A stretch of 64,000 bases of DNA from Pyrinomonadaceae bacterium (GCA_044870975.1 JBIOZK010000075.1:1-64000); one strand, 5' to 3'. Shown: positions 29,091 to 38,924, counted from the first letter of the stretch. The notes: generated by a model from the sequence alone, not told the origin. Numbers and translations are program-made.

Positions 29091-30035
29091 ATGAAACCAA
29101 TGGATCGACGCGAATTCAGTAAGGCACTTGGTTTAGCGGGAGTCGGGTTGGCCGCGACTCGCATCGTTCGAAGTGCTTCGGCCGCCGCGCCTCAGTTCTC
29201 CATCACGATGGATGATTTCAACTGGCGCAATGCGGTGCACCTGACGGCGGCACAGCGAAATCAGGCGGTCTTGAAAACGCTCGCCGATCACAAGGCCAGC
29301 GCTGCCCTGTTTGTGATTGGCAGAAATGCCGAAGATCAAAACGGAATGTCATTATTGCGCTCGTGGGACGATGCCGGCCACATCATCGGCAATCACACCT
29401 ACTCACATCGCTCGCTGAATTCCAACGTCACTGCCGCTGACTATGAACAAGACATTGCGCGCGCCGAGACGATTTTGATCGGACTCAAGCAGTTCCGCAA
29501 AATGTTTCGCTATCCGGCGCTCAGAGAAGGTGACACTGCGGCCAAGCGCGATCATGTGCGCGCCTTTCTTAAGAGTCATGGCTACCGCGTCGGACACGTC
29601 ACCATTGATAACTCAGATTGGATTATCGACCAGCGACTCACTGCGCGCCTGCAAAAAGACCCGAGCGCTGATACGAAGCCTTATCGAGATTTCTATCTTG
29701 AGCACATGTGGGACCGCGGCCAGTATTACGACGCGCTGTCAAAGAGGGTACTCGGCCGCTCGGTGAAGCACACCGTCCTGATGCACTTCAATCTGCTGAA
29801 TGGATTGTTCCTGGGTGATTTGATCGAGATGTTCCGCGTTAAAGGCTGGCAATTAATCGACGCGGAAGACGCTTTTAAGGATTCGGTCTTCCGCGCCGAA
29901 CCAAAGACACTACCGGCTGGAGAGAGTATTGTTTGGGCGCTCGCCAAAGAGAAGGGAACGATTGCGAAATCGCTCCGCTACCCGGCCGAAGATGGCGACT
30001 ACGAACTGGCGAGGATGAACCAGCTGGGCTTGTAG
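29091..30035 (+). CDS. polysaccharide deacetylase (NodB-homology) family protein, Tat signal
   Basis: Tat-like MDRREFSKALGLAGVGLAA; NodB motifs TMDDF, HTYSH. Confidence 0.8.
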   Translation: MKPMDRREFSKALGLAGVGLAATRIVRSASAAAPQFSITMDDFNWRNAVHLTAAQRNQAVLKTLADHKASAALFVIGRNAEDQNGMSLLRSWDDAGHIIGNHTYSHRSLNSNVTAADYEQDIARAETILIGLKQFRKMFRYPALREGDTAAKRDHVRAFLKSHGYRVGHVTIDNSDWIIDQRLTARLQKDPSADTKPYRDFYLEHMWDRGQYYDALSKRVLGRSVKHTVLMHFNLLNGLFLGDLIEMFRVKGWQLIDAEDAFKDSVFRAEPKTLPAGESIVWALAKEKGTIAKSLRYPAEDGDYELARMNQLGL

Positions 30036-30040
30036 CCGCG

Positions 30041-30466
30041 TCAGAACATTCGCCGGCTATTGCGCAGTAAGAATCCCAAAAACAATCCGGCCGCGGCGGA
30101 AATTAATATGGCCTGGCCGGGCTTGCGCCGGGCGTAATCCTTCGCCTCATCGGCAATCTCACTGAAGTTCTTGCCTTGTAGATCCTTAAATTTCTCGCCG
30201 ACTACGCGCGCCTTATCGTCAATGTAATCGGTGGCGCGAGTAGCCGCGTCAACGATTTTCCGGCCGCATTCCTTAGCATCTTCTGAAAATTCCGACATTT
30301 TGTTATCGCCTCTGCAAATGATTGATTGATTGGTTACGTTTTCCGCCGCGTTGGTTGCTTCCTGCATAGCTCCTCCTTGATTCGAACCAAAGTCTCCATA
30401 CGACGGAATGCCGTGGCGAGTTGCGAAAAGTTGCTGGCGCGACAGGTCCCAGCGCCTTTTGTGCAA
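30041..30466 (-). CDS. DUF883/ElaB-like C-tail-anchored membrane protein
   Basis: C-terminal ..RRKPGQAILISAAAGLFLGFLL.. anchor and preceding helical domain. Confidence 0.55.
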   Translation of the reverse strand: MHKRRWDLSRQQLFATRHGIPSYGDFGSNQGGAMQEATNAAENVTNQSIICRGDNKMSEFSEDAKECGRKIVDAATRATDYIDDKARVVGEKFKDLQGKNFSEIADEAKDYARRKPGQAILISAAAGLFLGFLLRNSRRMF

Positions 30467-30621
30467 GGCAAAGGAATTAACAGAAAGCTGACATGAAATC
30501 GGGACGCTTTGATCCCCCGTCGCGTTGATGCAAATCGCGCTGACCCGCGACCGCCCTCACTTGACTTTAGCGTTTCGGGAATGGTAAGTAAGCACTTACT
30601 TCAGGAGAGGTCTCAGTTCAC

Positions 30622-31338
30622 TTGCAACCCCAAAAACGAATTAATACGAATGGCGCGGCCGGGGCCCGGATGACCGGCGAAGATCGCCGGCTCCAGATTC
30701 TGCGGGTCGCCATGCGCCTGTTTTCGCAGCGCGGATTTCGCGGCACCACGACCAAGGAAATCGCGCTGGCAGCAGGCGTGTCCGAGGCGATGGTGTTTCG
30801 GCATTTCGCCACCAAGGAAGAACTCTACAGCGCGATTCTCGATCACAAAGCGTGCGTGCACGAGAGCATGGATCCGCTTCAGGTAGTCGCGCAGGCGGTC
30901 GCGGCGAAAGATGACCGCGCGGTTTTTGAAGGTCTTGCGCTGGACGCTTTGAACCAACATGACTGCGATCCTGAATTTCATCGGCTGCTCCTGCACTCGG
31001 CGTTGGAAGAGCACGAACTGGCGCAGATGTTCTGGGAGAAATTCGTCAAACGCGTTTACCGCACGCTGCGTGGCTACATTCGCGAGCGGCAACGCGAGGG
31101 CGCGATGAAGGAACTTGATCCGCTGGTGGTCGTGCGGGCTTTCATCGGGATGATTATTCATCATTCGCTCAACAACAATCTCTGGGATCGCAAGCAGCAA
31201 CTGTTGAAGATCTCGAATCAGGCCGCGGCGCGCCAATTCACCAATATTCTTTTGCACGGCGTGGCCGTCCCCTCGCGCGCGCAGAGCAGCCGCAGCCAGC
31301 AAAAGGCAAATCAACCCAGAAAGCGATCGAAGAAATGA
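30622..31338 (+). CDS. TetR/AcrR-family transcriptional regulator
   Basis: HTH RLQILRVAMRLFSQRGFRGTTTKEIALAAGVSEAMVFRHF; likely start MTGEDRR (30670). Confidence 0.85.
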   Translation: MQPQKRINTNGAAGARMTGEDRRLQILRVAMRLFSQRGFRGTTTKEIALAAGVSEAMVFRHFATKEELYSAILDHKACVHESMDPLQVVAQAVAAKDDRAVFEGLALDALNQHDCDPEFHRLLLHSALEEHELAQMFWEKFVKRVYRTLRGYIRERQREGAMKELDPLVVVRAFIGMIIHHSLNNNLWDRKQQLLKISNQAAARQFTNILLHGVAVPSRAQSSRSQQKANQPRKRSKK

Positions 31339-32591
31339 CGCGTTCACAGCTCCTCAAACTAATTTTGTTCGTAGCGCTGGCAGGCATCGCCGGCGGTGCG
31401 CTTTCGGCGTGCAAGCGCTCAAATGGCCAGACCAATGCCGCGGCGTCGGCGAGCCCGACTCCGGCGATCGTCGAAGTCACGACCATGACGGCCGTGTCGC
31501 GTCAATTGCCGCAGTACTTCGAAGCCACCGGCAACCTGGCGGCGAACGAGCAGACCGACGTGGCGCCCGAAACTTCCGGCAAGGTCGCCGCCACCGGTGT
31601 CGACATCGGCACGTTTGTTAGGAAAGGGCAGATTTTGGTGCGGCTTGAGGACGCGGATTTCAAAGATCGGGTGCACCAGGCGCAGGCGCAGTTGGATCAA
31701 GCGAAAGCTACGCTCGAACAGAACCGCGCGAAGATTGGTTTGCGCGCCGGGCAGAAATTCAACCCGGAAAATGTTCCGGAAGTCGCGGCCGCGCGCGCGG
31801 CGCTCGACCTCGCGGAAAAGAACCTGAGGCGCTCTGAAAAGTTGGTCGAGAGCGGCGATGTTTCGAAAGCTGCTTACGATGTGCAGAAGTCTCAGAGGGA
31901 TCAAGCCGCGGAACAGTACAAGGCATTGATTCATCAGGCCGAACAGAATTTTGCGACGGTTGCGAATTCACAGGCCGCAGTTGAGGCGGCGCAAGCGAAT
32001 CTGTCTTTGACAAAGCGCAATCTGACTTACACAACCGTGGTCGCGCCGATGGCTGGATATGTCTCGGATCGACCGGCAGACGTCGGCGAATATATTTCGC
32101 CGCAACAGAAGGTCGCCACGATCGTCAACATCAACCCGCTGCGAGTGAAGATTGACGTTCCTGAGCAGGCCATTCCCCAGATTCATCAGGGCGAAAGTGT
32201 TTCGGTCAGCGTCGCGGCGTATCCCGAGCGCAGTTTCTCGGGGCGCGTAGCGCGTATCTCGCCGAATGTGACTGCCAGTTCGCGCACGTTGACGGTGGAA
32301 GCGGATGTAGACAATCCGAACGCCGAGCTGAAGCCGGGACAGTTCGCCACGATTCGCGTTTTGCTGCCGCAGAAGGGAACAGCGTTAATGGTGCCGCAGC
32401 GTGCGCTGCGGACAATCTCTGGCGCGACCTATGTCTTTGTGATCAAGAACGGCTTTGCCCAACAGCGTCTGATCCAGAGCGGCCAGACGGAGGGTGACAT
32501 GGTCGAGATCAAAAGCGGAATTTCTGCTGACGAAGTGGTTGCGATCAGCAATGTGGATCAACTGAGCGACGGAATCGCGGTGAGGCAATAA
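31335..32591 (+). CDS. efflux RND transporter periplasmic adaptor subunit (MFP)
   Basis: lipoprotein-like signal, coiled-coil hairpin, beta-barrel/MP domains; start overlaps TetR stop (ATGA). Confidence 0.85.
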   Translation: MTRSQLLKLILFVALAGIAGGALSACKRSNGQTNAAASASPTPAIVEVTTMTAVSRQLPQYFEATGNLAANEQTDVAPETSGKVAATGVDIGTFVRKGQILVRLEDADFKDRVHQAQAQLDQAKATLEQNRAKIGLRAGQKFNPENVPEVAAARAALDLAEKNLRRSEKLVESGDVSKAAYDVQKSQRDQAAEQYKALIHQAEQNFATVANSQAAVEAAQANLSLTKRNLTYTTVVAPMAGYVSDRPADVGEYISPQQKVATIVNINPLRVKIDVPEQAIPQIHQGESVSVSVAAYPERSFSGRVARISPNVTASSRTLTVEADVDNPNAELKPGQFATIRVLLPQKGTALMVPQRALRTISGATYVFVIKNGFAQQRLIQSGQTEGDMVEIKSGISADEVVAISNVDQLSDGIAVRQ

Positions 32592-32622
32592 GTTTCAGGT
32601 TTCAAGTTTCAAGTTTCAAGTT
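32592..32622. repeat. left arm: (GTTTCAR)x4 heptamer array flanking four-helix-bundle gene
   Basis: gtttcaggtttcaagtttcaagtttcaagtt, begins 1 nt after MFP stop. Confidence 0.8.
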
Positions 32623-32623
32623 C

Positions 32624-33034
32624 GTGCAGATTATGTCGACCTTTCAAACATTCGAAGAGATAGAGGCCTGGCAGAAGACGCGCGAGCTAACTAGTCGCGT
32701 TTACGCGGTGTCCGATGTCGGCGCGTTCGCCCGTGATTTCGGTTTGAGAGATCAAATGCGTCGGGCGTGTGTCTCGATACCCAGTAATATCGCTGAAGGT
32801 TTTGAACGAAGCGGAACCGGGGAGTTCGTGCAGTTCCTTTCGGCCGCTAAGGGCTCGGCAGGTGAGGTGAGAGCGCAATTATATGTAGCGCTAGACCGCA
32901 AGTACATCGACGAGGCCACATTTCGAGAACTCAGTCAGATGGCCACGCAGATAAGTCGGATGATTAGCGGGCTAATGGCCTATCTAAAACAATCCGGTAT
33001 TAAGGGTACGAAATACAAAAGAGGGTCAGGTTGA
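32624..33034 (+). CDS. four-helix-bundle protein (Avd / 23S rRNA intervening-sequence protein family)
   Basis: FEEIEAWQKTRELTSRVY...SIPSNIAEGFERSGTGEFVQFLSAAKGSAGEVRAQL signature; inserted between MFP and RND genes. Confidence 0.8.
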   Translation: MQIMSTFQTFEEIEAWQKTRELTSRVYAVSDVGAFARDFGLRDQMRRACVSIPSNIAEGFERSGTGEFVQFLSAAKGSAGEVRAQLYVALDRKYIDEATFRELSQMATQISRMISGLMAYLKQSGIKGTKYKRGSG

Positions 33035-33039
33035 GAGAC

Positions 33040-33070
33040 AACTTGAAACTTGAAACCTGAAACCTGAAAC
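33040..33070. repeat. right arm: (YTGAAAC)x4 array, reverse complement of left arm
   Basis: aacttgaaacttgaaacctgaaacctgaaac, ends 6 nt before RND ATG. Confidence 0.8.
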
Positions 33071-33076
33071 ATTTTT

Positions 33077-36000
33077 ATGCAGAAATTAGCTGAGATTTGC
33101 GTACATCGTCCGGTCTTCGCGACGATGATCATCTTGAGCATCACGGTCGTGGGACTGTTTTCATTCAACGCCCTCGGCGTCGATCTGTTTCCTAAAATCG
33201 ATCTGCCGACGATCACCGTCACCGTGATAAATCCCGGCGCCTCGCCGCAGGAGATCGAAACGGAAGTCACTGACAAGGTCGAAGGCGCGGTCAACACAAT
33301 CAGCAGCATCGATGAGCTGCGTTCGACTTCGGTGGAAGGCGCCTCGCAGGTCTTCATTACCTTCCTGCTGGAAAAAAACGCGGACATTGCGGCGCAGGAG
33401 GTTCGCAACAAGGTCGATCTGATCGTTAACGATCTGCCGGCCACCGCCGAGCAGCCGATTGTGCAAAAGCTCGACACGGATGCGACGCCGGTCTTGCGCA
33501 TTGCGGTTTCCGGGCCGCGGAGCTTGCGCGAAGTCACTGACATCGCCGACAAACAAATTAAGCGGCGCATTGAATCGATCAACGGGGTCGGCAACGTCGA
33601 TATTGTAGGTGGACGTTTGCGCGAGATCGAGGTCTGGGTCGATCCCGACAAGATGCGCGCGTTCAATGTCTCGGCTGCCGAAGTAGCCAACGCGGTCAAA
33701 CTACAGAACATGGAAGTGCCGGGCGGTCGCGTGGAAAGCGGTCAGCGCGAATTCACCGTGCGCACGATGGGTCGGGTTATCGATCCGGCCGAGTTCAACA
33801 ACCTCGTCGTGGCCAACCGCGGCGCGTATTCCGTGAAGCTGAGCGACATCGGCTACGCCGAAGACGGCGCCGAGGAGCAGCGCACCGAAGCCCGTTTGAA
33901 TGGGCAGCCGGCGGTGACGCTGGTAGTTTCGAAACAATCGGGAACGAACACGGTCGCGGTCGCCGAGGCCGTGAAGGAACGCCTGACCGAAATTCAGCCG
34001 TCTCTGCCGCGCGACGTCAAAACGCAACTCGTCGGCGACCAGACGATCTTCATTAAGGCCGCGCTGCATTCAATCAATCTGCACCTGGTCGAGGGCAGCA
34101 TTCTCGCCGCCATCGTCGTCTTTGTGTTCCTCTGGAGTTTTCGCTCGACACTGATTGCGGCCATTGCGATTCCGACTTCCATCGTCGCGACTTTCGGCTT
34201 GATGGCAGCGATGGGGTTCACCTTGAATCAGATCACGATGCTGGCTTTGACGCTGATGGTCGGCATCGTGATCGACGACGCGGTCGTAGTGCTGGAAAAC
34301 ATCTTTCGCTTCATCGAAGAGAAGGGCATGCCGCCTTTTCAAGCGGCGATTGAAGGCACCCGCGAAATTGGGTTGGCGGTGACGGCGACGACACTGTCGC
34401 TGCTGGCGGTGTTCCTGCCGGTTGGATTCATGGCCGGTATCGTGGGCCGCTTCATGTCTTCGTTCGGTTTCACTTCGTCCTTCGCCATTGCGGTCTCGCT
34501 GCTGGTTTCATTCACCCTGACCCCGACGCTCGCCGCGCGTTTGATTAAGCGGAAGAAGCACGCCGCCAGGTCCGGCAAACACACATCGGTGGCGCCTCAG
34601 GAAGGTGACGAGCGATCGTCGCTGGCGCAATTCAAAGACAAATACAATCAGGCGCAATCAAAAGAAGGCCGGTTTTATCGGCCAATCGATCGAACTTACA
34701 CCTGGATGCTCAAGTGGTCGATGGCGCATCGTTGGGCGATCGTGCTGCTGTCGGTGCTGGTGATTATCAGCATCGTGCCGCTGTTCATGTTTGTCGGAAA
34801 GAACTTTCTCCCGGTTGACGATCAGTCGCAATTCGAAGTCAACGTGCGCGCGCCGGAAGGCTACACGATCTCGGCAACCTCCGCGCTGGCCGGCCGGATC
34901 GCCGCGGATCTGCGCAAACTGCCGGGCGTCACCGACACGCTAACGACAATCGGCAGCGGCCAGCAGCAGGTCGTTAACCTGGCAAACATCTACGTGAAGC
35001 TGACCCCGATCGAAGATCGCACGGTCACGCAGAACGAGTTGATGCTGCGCGCGCGTTCGGAGATCGTCGCCAAGTATCAGAAGGAATTTCCGAACCAGTT
35101 GCGCACCAGCGTTAATCCGGTCGCGGCGATTTCCGGTGGTGGATTCCGCAACGCCGACGTTCAATTTGTGATTGGCGGTCCAGACCTCGACAAGCTGACG
35201 AAATATTCAGACGGCATGCTGGCGAAGATGAAGACGATCCCGGATATCGTGGACGTCGACTCGTCTTTGATTTCCGGCAAGCCGGAGCTGCGCGTCATCA
35301 TCGATCGCGCCCGTGCCGCCGACCTGGGCGTGCGCATTGGCGACATTGCGCAGGCGCTCAACACGCTCGTCGCCGGCGAAAAGGTCTCGACCTTTAATGC
35401 CGGCGTCGATGAATACAACGTGCGCGTGCGCGCGATTGGTGAGTTTCGCGCCAACGCCGACAGTCTCCGGCGCCTGATGGTGGCATCGCAGAAGGTCGGA
35501 TGGGTCACGTTGGACAATCTGGTCCGCATCGAAGAATCGACCGGACCTTCGGCAATCGATCGATTGAACCGTCAAAGACAGGTGACGCTAACCGCCAACG
35601 TGAAGCCTGGCGGATCACAGGCAGCAATCATCGATCAGTTAAATAAATTCGCCAAAGCTGAAAACATGGACACGGCGTATACGACCGGCCTGGCGGGTCG
35701 ATCGAAGGAGCTGGGGCGCGCCGGTTATTACTTTCTGCTCGCGATCGTTCTTTCCTTCGTTTTTATGTACATGGTTCTGGCGGCGCAGTTCGAGTCGTTC
35801 ATCCATCCGATCACGATTCTGCTGACACTGCCGCTGGCGATTCCGTTTGGCATCGTCTCGCTGCTGGTCACCGGACAGACGGTAAACATTTTCTCTGGCC
35901 TGGGACTGCTACTGTTATTCGGCGTCGTTAAGAAGAACGCAATTCTGCAAATCGATCACACGAACGGTTTGCGCAAGCAGGGCATGGAGCGCCGCGACGC

Positions 36001-38065
36001 CATCATTCAAGCCAATCGCGATCGTTTGCGTCCGATCTTGATGACGACGATCGCGCTGGTCGCCGGCATGACCCCGCTGACGCTCTCGAGCGGTCCCGGT
36101 TCGGGGACAAATCGATCTATCGGCGTGCTGGTGGTCGGCGGTCAATCGCTCTGCCTGTTGCTGACGTTGTTGGCGGTGCCGGTTTTCTATTCACTGTTCG
36201 ACGACCTCGCTCGCAGCCGCGTGTGGTCACGCATTGGCGACTTCTTCAGCGCCATATTCGGCCGCGCGCGACGGCGAGCGGCGGCGGCGACTGCATCATT
36301 GTTAGGTTCTATGTTCAAGATTTTCATCATTACCGCATGCTTGGTTTTTGTGGGCGTGCACACCGCGCGCGCGCAAACAGTTTCTGATTCCCCGCCACCG
36401 GCTCTGTCAGCACAGCAGACATTGAAAGTGCCGGCGATTACGATCGATTACAAAGCCGAGGCGAAATCGCCGCTGCCGTCGCTGGCGCGCGTCGGCGTTG
36501 ACGCAGCCGATCAGATGCCGCTTAGTCTGCGCGACGCGATTTCGCTGGCGTTGCAGAACAACAAGGACATCGAAGTCGCGCGCGACAATGTGAAGATTGC
36601 CGAATTCGATTTATTGACGGCGCGCGGTTCGTACGATCCAAGACTATCGGCCCAGACCTATTTCGAGAGAATCCTGACTCCGGCGACCAGCGTCTTGAGC
36701 GGCGCATCCAAAGTGGAGCAGGACGACCTTACCGGCACGGCCCGCTTCGAAGGGCTGGCGCCGAAAGGCGGCGGCAATTATCGCGTCGATTTCTCGTCGA
36801 TCAGATTCAACACCAACAGCGTCTTCAACGTGCTGAATCCTTCATATCCGACGGCGCTGACATTCACCTACAGTCAGCCCTTGGTTCGTGGCCGGCGATT
36901 CGATCTGCCACGCCGCCAAATTGAAGTGGCGAAGAAGAATCTTTCGCTAACTGACGCGCAATTTCGCCAACGCGCGATCGAAGTGATCACGAACGTGCAG
37001 CGTTCCTACTGGGATTTGGTATTTGCTCTTCGTAACCTGCAGATCCAGCGTGACTCGTTGAGCGACGCGCGTGAGCAGCTCGCACACAACCGACGGATGG
37101 TCAATGAAGGATCGCTGGCGCCGATCGATGTGGTCGCGGCAGAGACGCAGGTCGCCAACTTTGACCAGTCGGAATTCGCGGCGCTCGAAGACGTCAACCG
37201 GAACGAAAACAATCTTAAGAACATGATTGCGGAAAATCGGCAGGCCAAAATCTGGAACCTGTCGATCATCCCGACAGACCAGGTGGATCTGAGCGTTCCG
37301 CAAACAACTCTGCCGGATGCCATGACCGCCGCGATACAGAACCGGCAGGAGTTGAAACAGTCGGACCTGGCGCGGGAGATCAATCTGTTGGATCAAAAGC
37401 TTTATCGCGACCAGACAAAGCCGCAGGTCGATCTGGTTGGCAGTTATGGAATGATCGGAAACGCGGGCACGCAAGTGACCACGGCAAATCCGCTAACGGC
37501 CAGCAACGACGCCCTGCGCGCGCGGGTGAACGAACTGTCAACGCTGAGCGGTTTGCAGCCTTTGCCGGCGCCGGCCACGGTTGCGATTCCGCCCGATCTT
37601 TTTGGCGGTTACTTTCAGTCGCTGCAGAATCTGGCTTCGAACCAGTGGAATAACTTTAGAGTGGGCGTCGCTATCAGTTTGCCGCTGCACAATCGCACTG
37701 CTGAAGGATTGCTGGGCCACTCGCTGGTTGAAGGCAAGCGTATTGCGACGCAGCGCGAGCAGCTCGAGCAATTAATTCAGGTCGAAGTGCGGAACTCACT
37801 GCAAACGCTGAGCACGACTGGGGCGCGTTTGCGGGCCGCCGCGGTAGCGCGATCGACGGCTGAACAGCAATACGAAAGCGAAAAGCGCAAACTCGACGCG
37901 GGCCAATCAACTGTATTCCTGGTGCTTGAACGGCAGACGGCCTTGGCCGTGGCGCGCGGGAACGAACTGCGGGCGCAGACTGATTTGAATAAGGCGATTG
38001 CGGATCTCCAGCGCGCTACTGGAAATTCGCTGACAGCAAACAACGTTACGGTCAGTTCACATTAG
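33077..38065 (+). CDS. RND efflux permease (AcrB/CzcA-like, aa 1-1078) reading in frame into a TolC-like outer membrane factor (aa 1079-1662)
   Basis: continuous 1662-codon ORF; first 1078 aa have the 12-TM RND architecture; from ATG 36311 MFKIFIITACLVFVGVHTARA-QT resembles a signal peptide followed by TolC-like repeats (LSLRDAISLALQNNKDIEVAR...). Confidence 0.75.
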   Translation: MQKLAEICVHRPVFATMIILSITVVGLFSFNALGVDLFPKIDLPTITVTVINPGASPQEIETEVTDKVEGAVNTISSIDELRSTSVEGASQVFITFLLEKNADIAAQEVRNKVDLIVNDLPATAEQPIVQKLDTDATPVLRIAVSGPRSLREVTDIADKQIKRRIESINGVGNVDIVGGRLREIEVWVDPDKMRAFNVSAAEVANAVKLQNMEVPGGRVESGQREFTVRTMGRVIDPAEFNNLVVANRGAYSVKLSDIGYAEDGAEEQRTEARLNGQPAVTLVVSKQSGTNTVAVAEAVKERLTEIQPSLPRDVKTQLVGDQTIFIKAALHSINLHLVEGSILAAIVVFVFLWSFRSTLIAAIAIPTSIVATFGLMAAMGFTLNQITMLALTLMVGIVIDDAVVVLENIFRFIEEKGMPPFQAAIEGTREIGLAVTATTLSLLAVFLPVGFMAGIVGRFMSSFGFTSSFAIAVSLLVSFTLTPTLAARLIKRKKHAARSGKHTSVAPQEGDERSSLAQFKDKYNQAQSKEGRFYRPIDRTYTWMLKWSMAHRWAIVLLSVLVIISIVPLFMFVGKNFLPVDDQSQFEVNVRAPEGYTISATSALAGRIAADLRKLPGVTDTLTTIGSGQQQVVNLANIYVKLTPIEDRTVTQNELMLRARSEIVAKYQKEFPNQLRTSVNPVAAISGGGFRNADVQFVIGGPDLDKLTKYSDGMLAKMKTIPDIVDVDSSLISGKPELRVIIDRARAADLGVRIGDIAQALNTLVAGEKVSTFNAGVDEYNVRVRAIGEFRANADSLRRLMVASQKVGWVTLDNLVRIEESTGPSAIDRLNRQRQVTLTANVKPGGSQAAIIDQLNKFAKAENMDTAYTTGLAGRSKELGRAGYYFLLAIVLSFVFMYMVLAAQFESFIHPITILLTLPLAIPFGIVSLLVTGQTVNIFSGLGLLLLFGVVKKNAILQIDHTNGLRKQGMERRDAIIQANRDRLRPILMTTIALVAGMTPLTLSSGPGSGTNRSIGVLVVGGQSLCLLLTLLAVPVFYSLFDDLARSRVWSRIGDFFSAIFGRARRRAAAATASLLGSMFKIFIITACLVFVGVHTARAQTVSDSPPPALSAQQTLKVPAITIDYKAEAKSPLPSLARVGVDAADQMPLSLRDAISLALQNNKDIEVARDNVKIAEFDLLTARGSYDPRLSAQTYFERILTPATSVLSGASKVEQDDLTGTARFEGLAPKGGGNYRVDFSSIRFNTNSVFNVLNPSYPTALTFTYSQPLVRGRRFDLPRRQIEVAKKNLSLTDAQFRQRAIEVITNVQRSYWDLVFALRNLQIQRDSLSDAREQLAHNRRMVNEGSLAPIDVVAAETQVANFDQSEFAALEDVNRNENNLKNMIAENRQAKIWNLSIIPTDQVDLSVPQTTLPDAMTAAIQNRQELKQSDLAREINLLDQKLYRDQTKPQVDLVGSYGMIGNAGTQVTTANPLTASNDALRARVNELSTLSGLQPLPAPATVAIPPDLFGGYFQSLQNLASNQWNNFRVGVAISLPLHNRTAEGLLGHSLVEGKRIATQREQLEQLIQVEVRNSLQTLSTTGARLRAAAVARSTAEQQYESEKRKLDAGQSTVFLVLERQTALAVARGNELRAQTDLNKAIADLQRATGNSLTANNVTVSSH
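36311..38065 (+). CDS. possible independent TolC-family outer membrane efflux protein (alternative reading of the 3' part of the RND ORF)
   Basis: in-frame ATG at 36311 followed by a signal-peptide-like segment with AxA site; no stop codon separates it from the RND gene. Confidence 0.35.
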   Translation: MFKIFIITACLVFVGVHTARAQTVSDSPPPALSAQQTLKVPAITIDYKAEAKSPLPSLARVGVDAADQMPLSLRDAISLALQNNKDIEVARDNVKIAEFDLLTARGSYDPRLSAQTYFERILTPATSVLSGASKVEQDDLTGTARFEGLAPKGGGNYRVDFSSIRFNTNSVFNVLNPSYPTALTFTYSQPLVRGRRFDLPRRQIEVAKKNLSLTDAQFRQRAIEVITNVQRSYWDLVFALRNLQIQRDSLSDAREQLAHNRRMVNEGSLAPIDVVAAETQVANFDQSEFAALEDVNRNENNLKNMIAENRQAKIWNLSIIPTDQVDLSVPQTTLPDAMTAAIQNRQELKQSDLAREINLLDQKLYRDQTKPQVDLVGSYGMIGNAGTQVTTANPLTASNDALRARVNELSTLSGLQPLPAPATVAIPPDLFGGYFQSLQNLASNQWNNFRVGVAISLPLHNRTAEGLLGHSLVEGKRIATQREQLEQLIQVEVRNSLQTLSTTGARLRAAAVARSTAEQQYESEKRKLDAGQSTVFLVLERQTALAVARGNELRAQTDLNKAIADLQRATGNSLTANNVTVSSH

Positions 38066-38924
38066 AACGTGCGTTGCACGATGCGCTCGTCCATAGCGGA
38101 AAATGATCGGAAAGGGTAATCGATCGATCGATTTCTGACGCGGTTGTTTCCAGGCCACGCAGCCAGACCCAATCGAGCTTGAGCGTTAGGTCGAACAGAA
38201 TGGCGTTCCGTTTGAAGGTTTCATCCTTGTCGGCGAACGGAGTCGCGAATCCCTCGTCCGTAAACAACTGGCGGACTCGCTTGACCGTGGCCGGCTCCCA
38301 ACTGTTGAAGTCCCCCATCACAATTGCCGGTGTCGATTTCGGAAAGCGTTTAAGGTCATCGAGCACTGCGCGAAACTGATCGATCTTCTGATCGATTGGG
38401 ATGCGCGTCTCGGCATGAACCGAATAGACTCGCACGTCTACCTTTTCAATTTTCACCGTCGCACCCAACGCGACGCGCCAACGACCCCTCGGACCTGCGT
38501 GCGGCAGAACCAGACGCGAGACCTCACTCAACGGGTAAGGACTCAGCAGTGCGACACCGGTCTCCTCTTCCTTCTCTTTGCTCGTCCTCGGCAGGGGCGG
38601 CGCGGCCCACGCGTAGTACATACCCAATTGCTCAGCCAGGGCTCGCGCGTTGTTGGTTTTGTTGGTTCGTTTCTTTGAGCGATCCACTTCCTGGAGTGCG
38701 ATCACGGTGGGGTGCTTCGCCTTCAGCCATGCGGCAATCTGCTTCAACTCGTCGCCCGTTCGCCAGCGAATGTTGTAGGTGACGATCGAAAGCTGCTTCG
38801 AATCCGCGGGATTTGAAATTTTCGCCGCCGCGCCAGTTTCCAATAACCGCGAATCATTCCTTGTCTGACTCGCAGCCATCACGATGCCCGTCAGCACGAA
38901 AACGAATGTCAGGACGCGCCCCAT
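38052..38924 (-). CDS. endonuclease/exonuclease/phosphatase (EEP) family protein, secreted
   Basis: signal peptide; LSIVTYNIRW and LQEV motifs; C-terminal SDHFP. Confidence 0.8.
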   Translation of the reverse strand: MGRVLTFVFVLTGIVMAASQTRNDSRLLETGAAAKISNPADSKQLSIVTYNIRWRTGDELKQIAAWLKAKHPTVIALQEVDRSKKRTNKTNNARALAEQLGMYYAWAAPPLPRTSKEKEEETGVALLSPYPLSEVSRLVLPHAGPRGRWRVALGATVKIEKVDVRVYSVHAETRIPIDQKIDQFRAVLDDLKRFPKSTPAIVMGDFNSWEPATVKRVRQLFTDEGFATPFADKDETFKRNAILFDLTLKLDWVWLRGLETTASEIDRSITLSDHFPLWTSASCNARSNVN

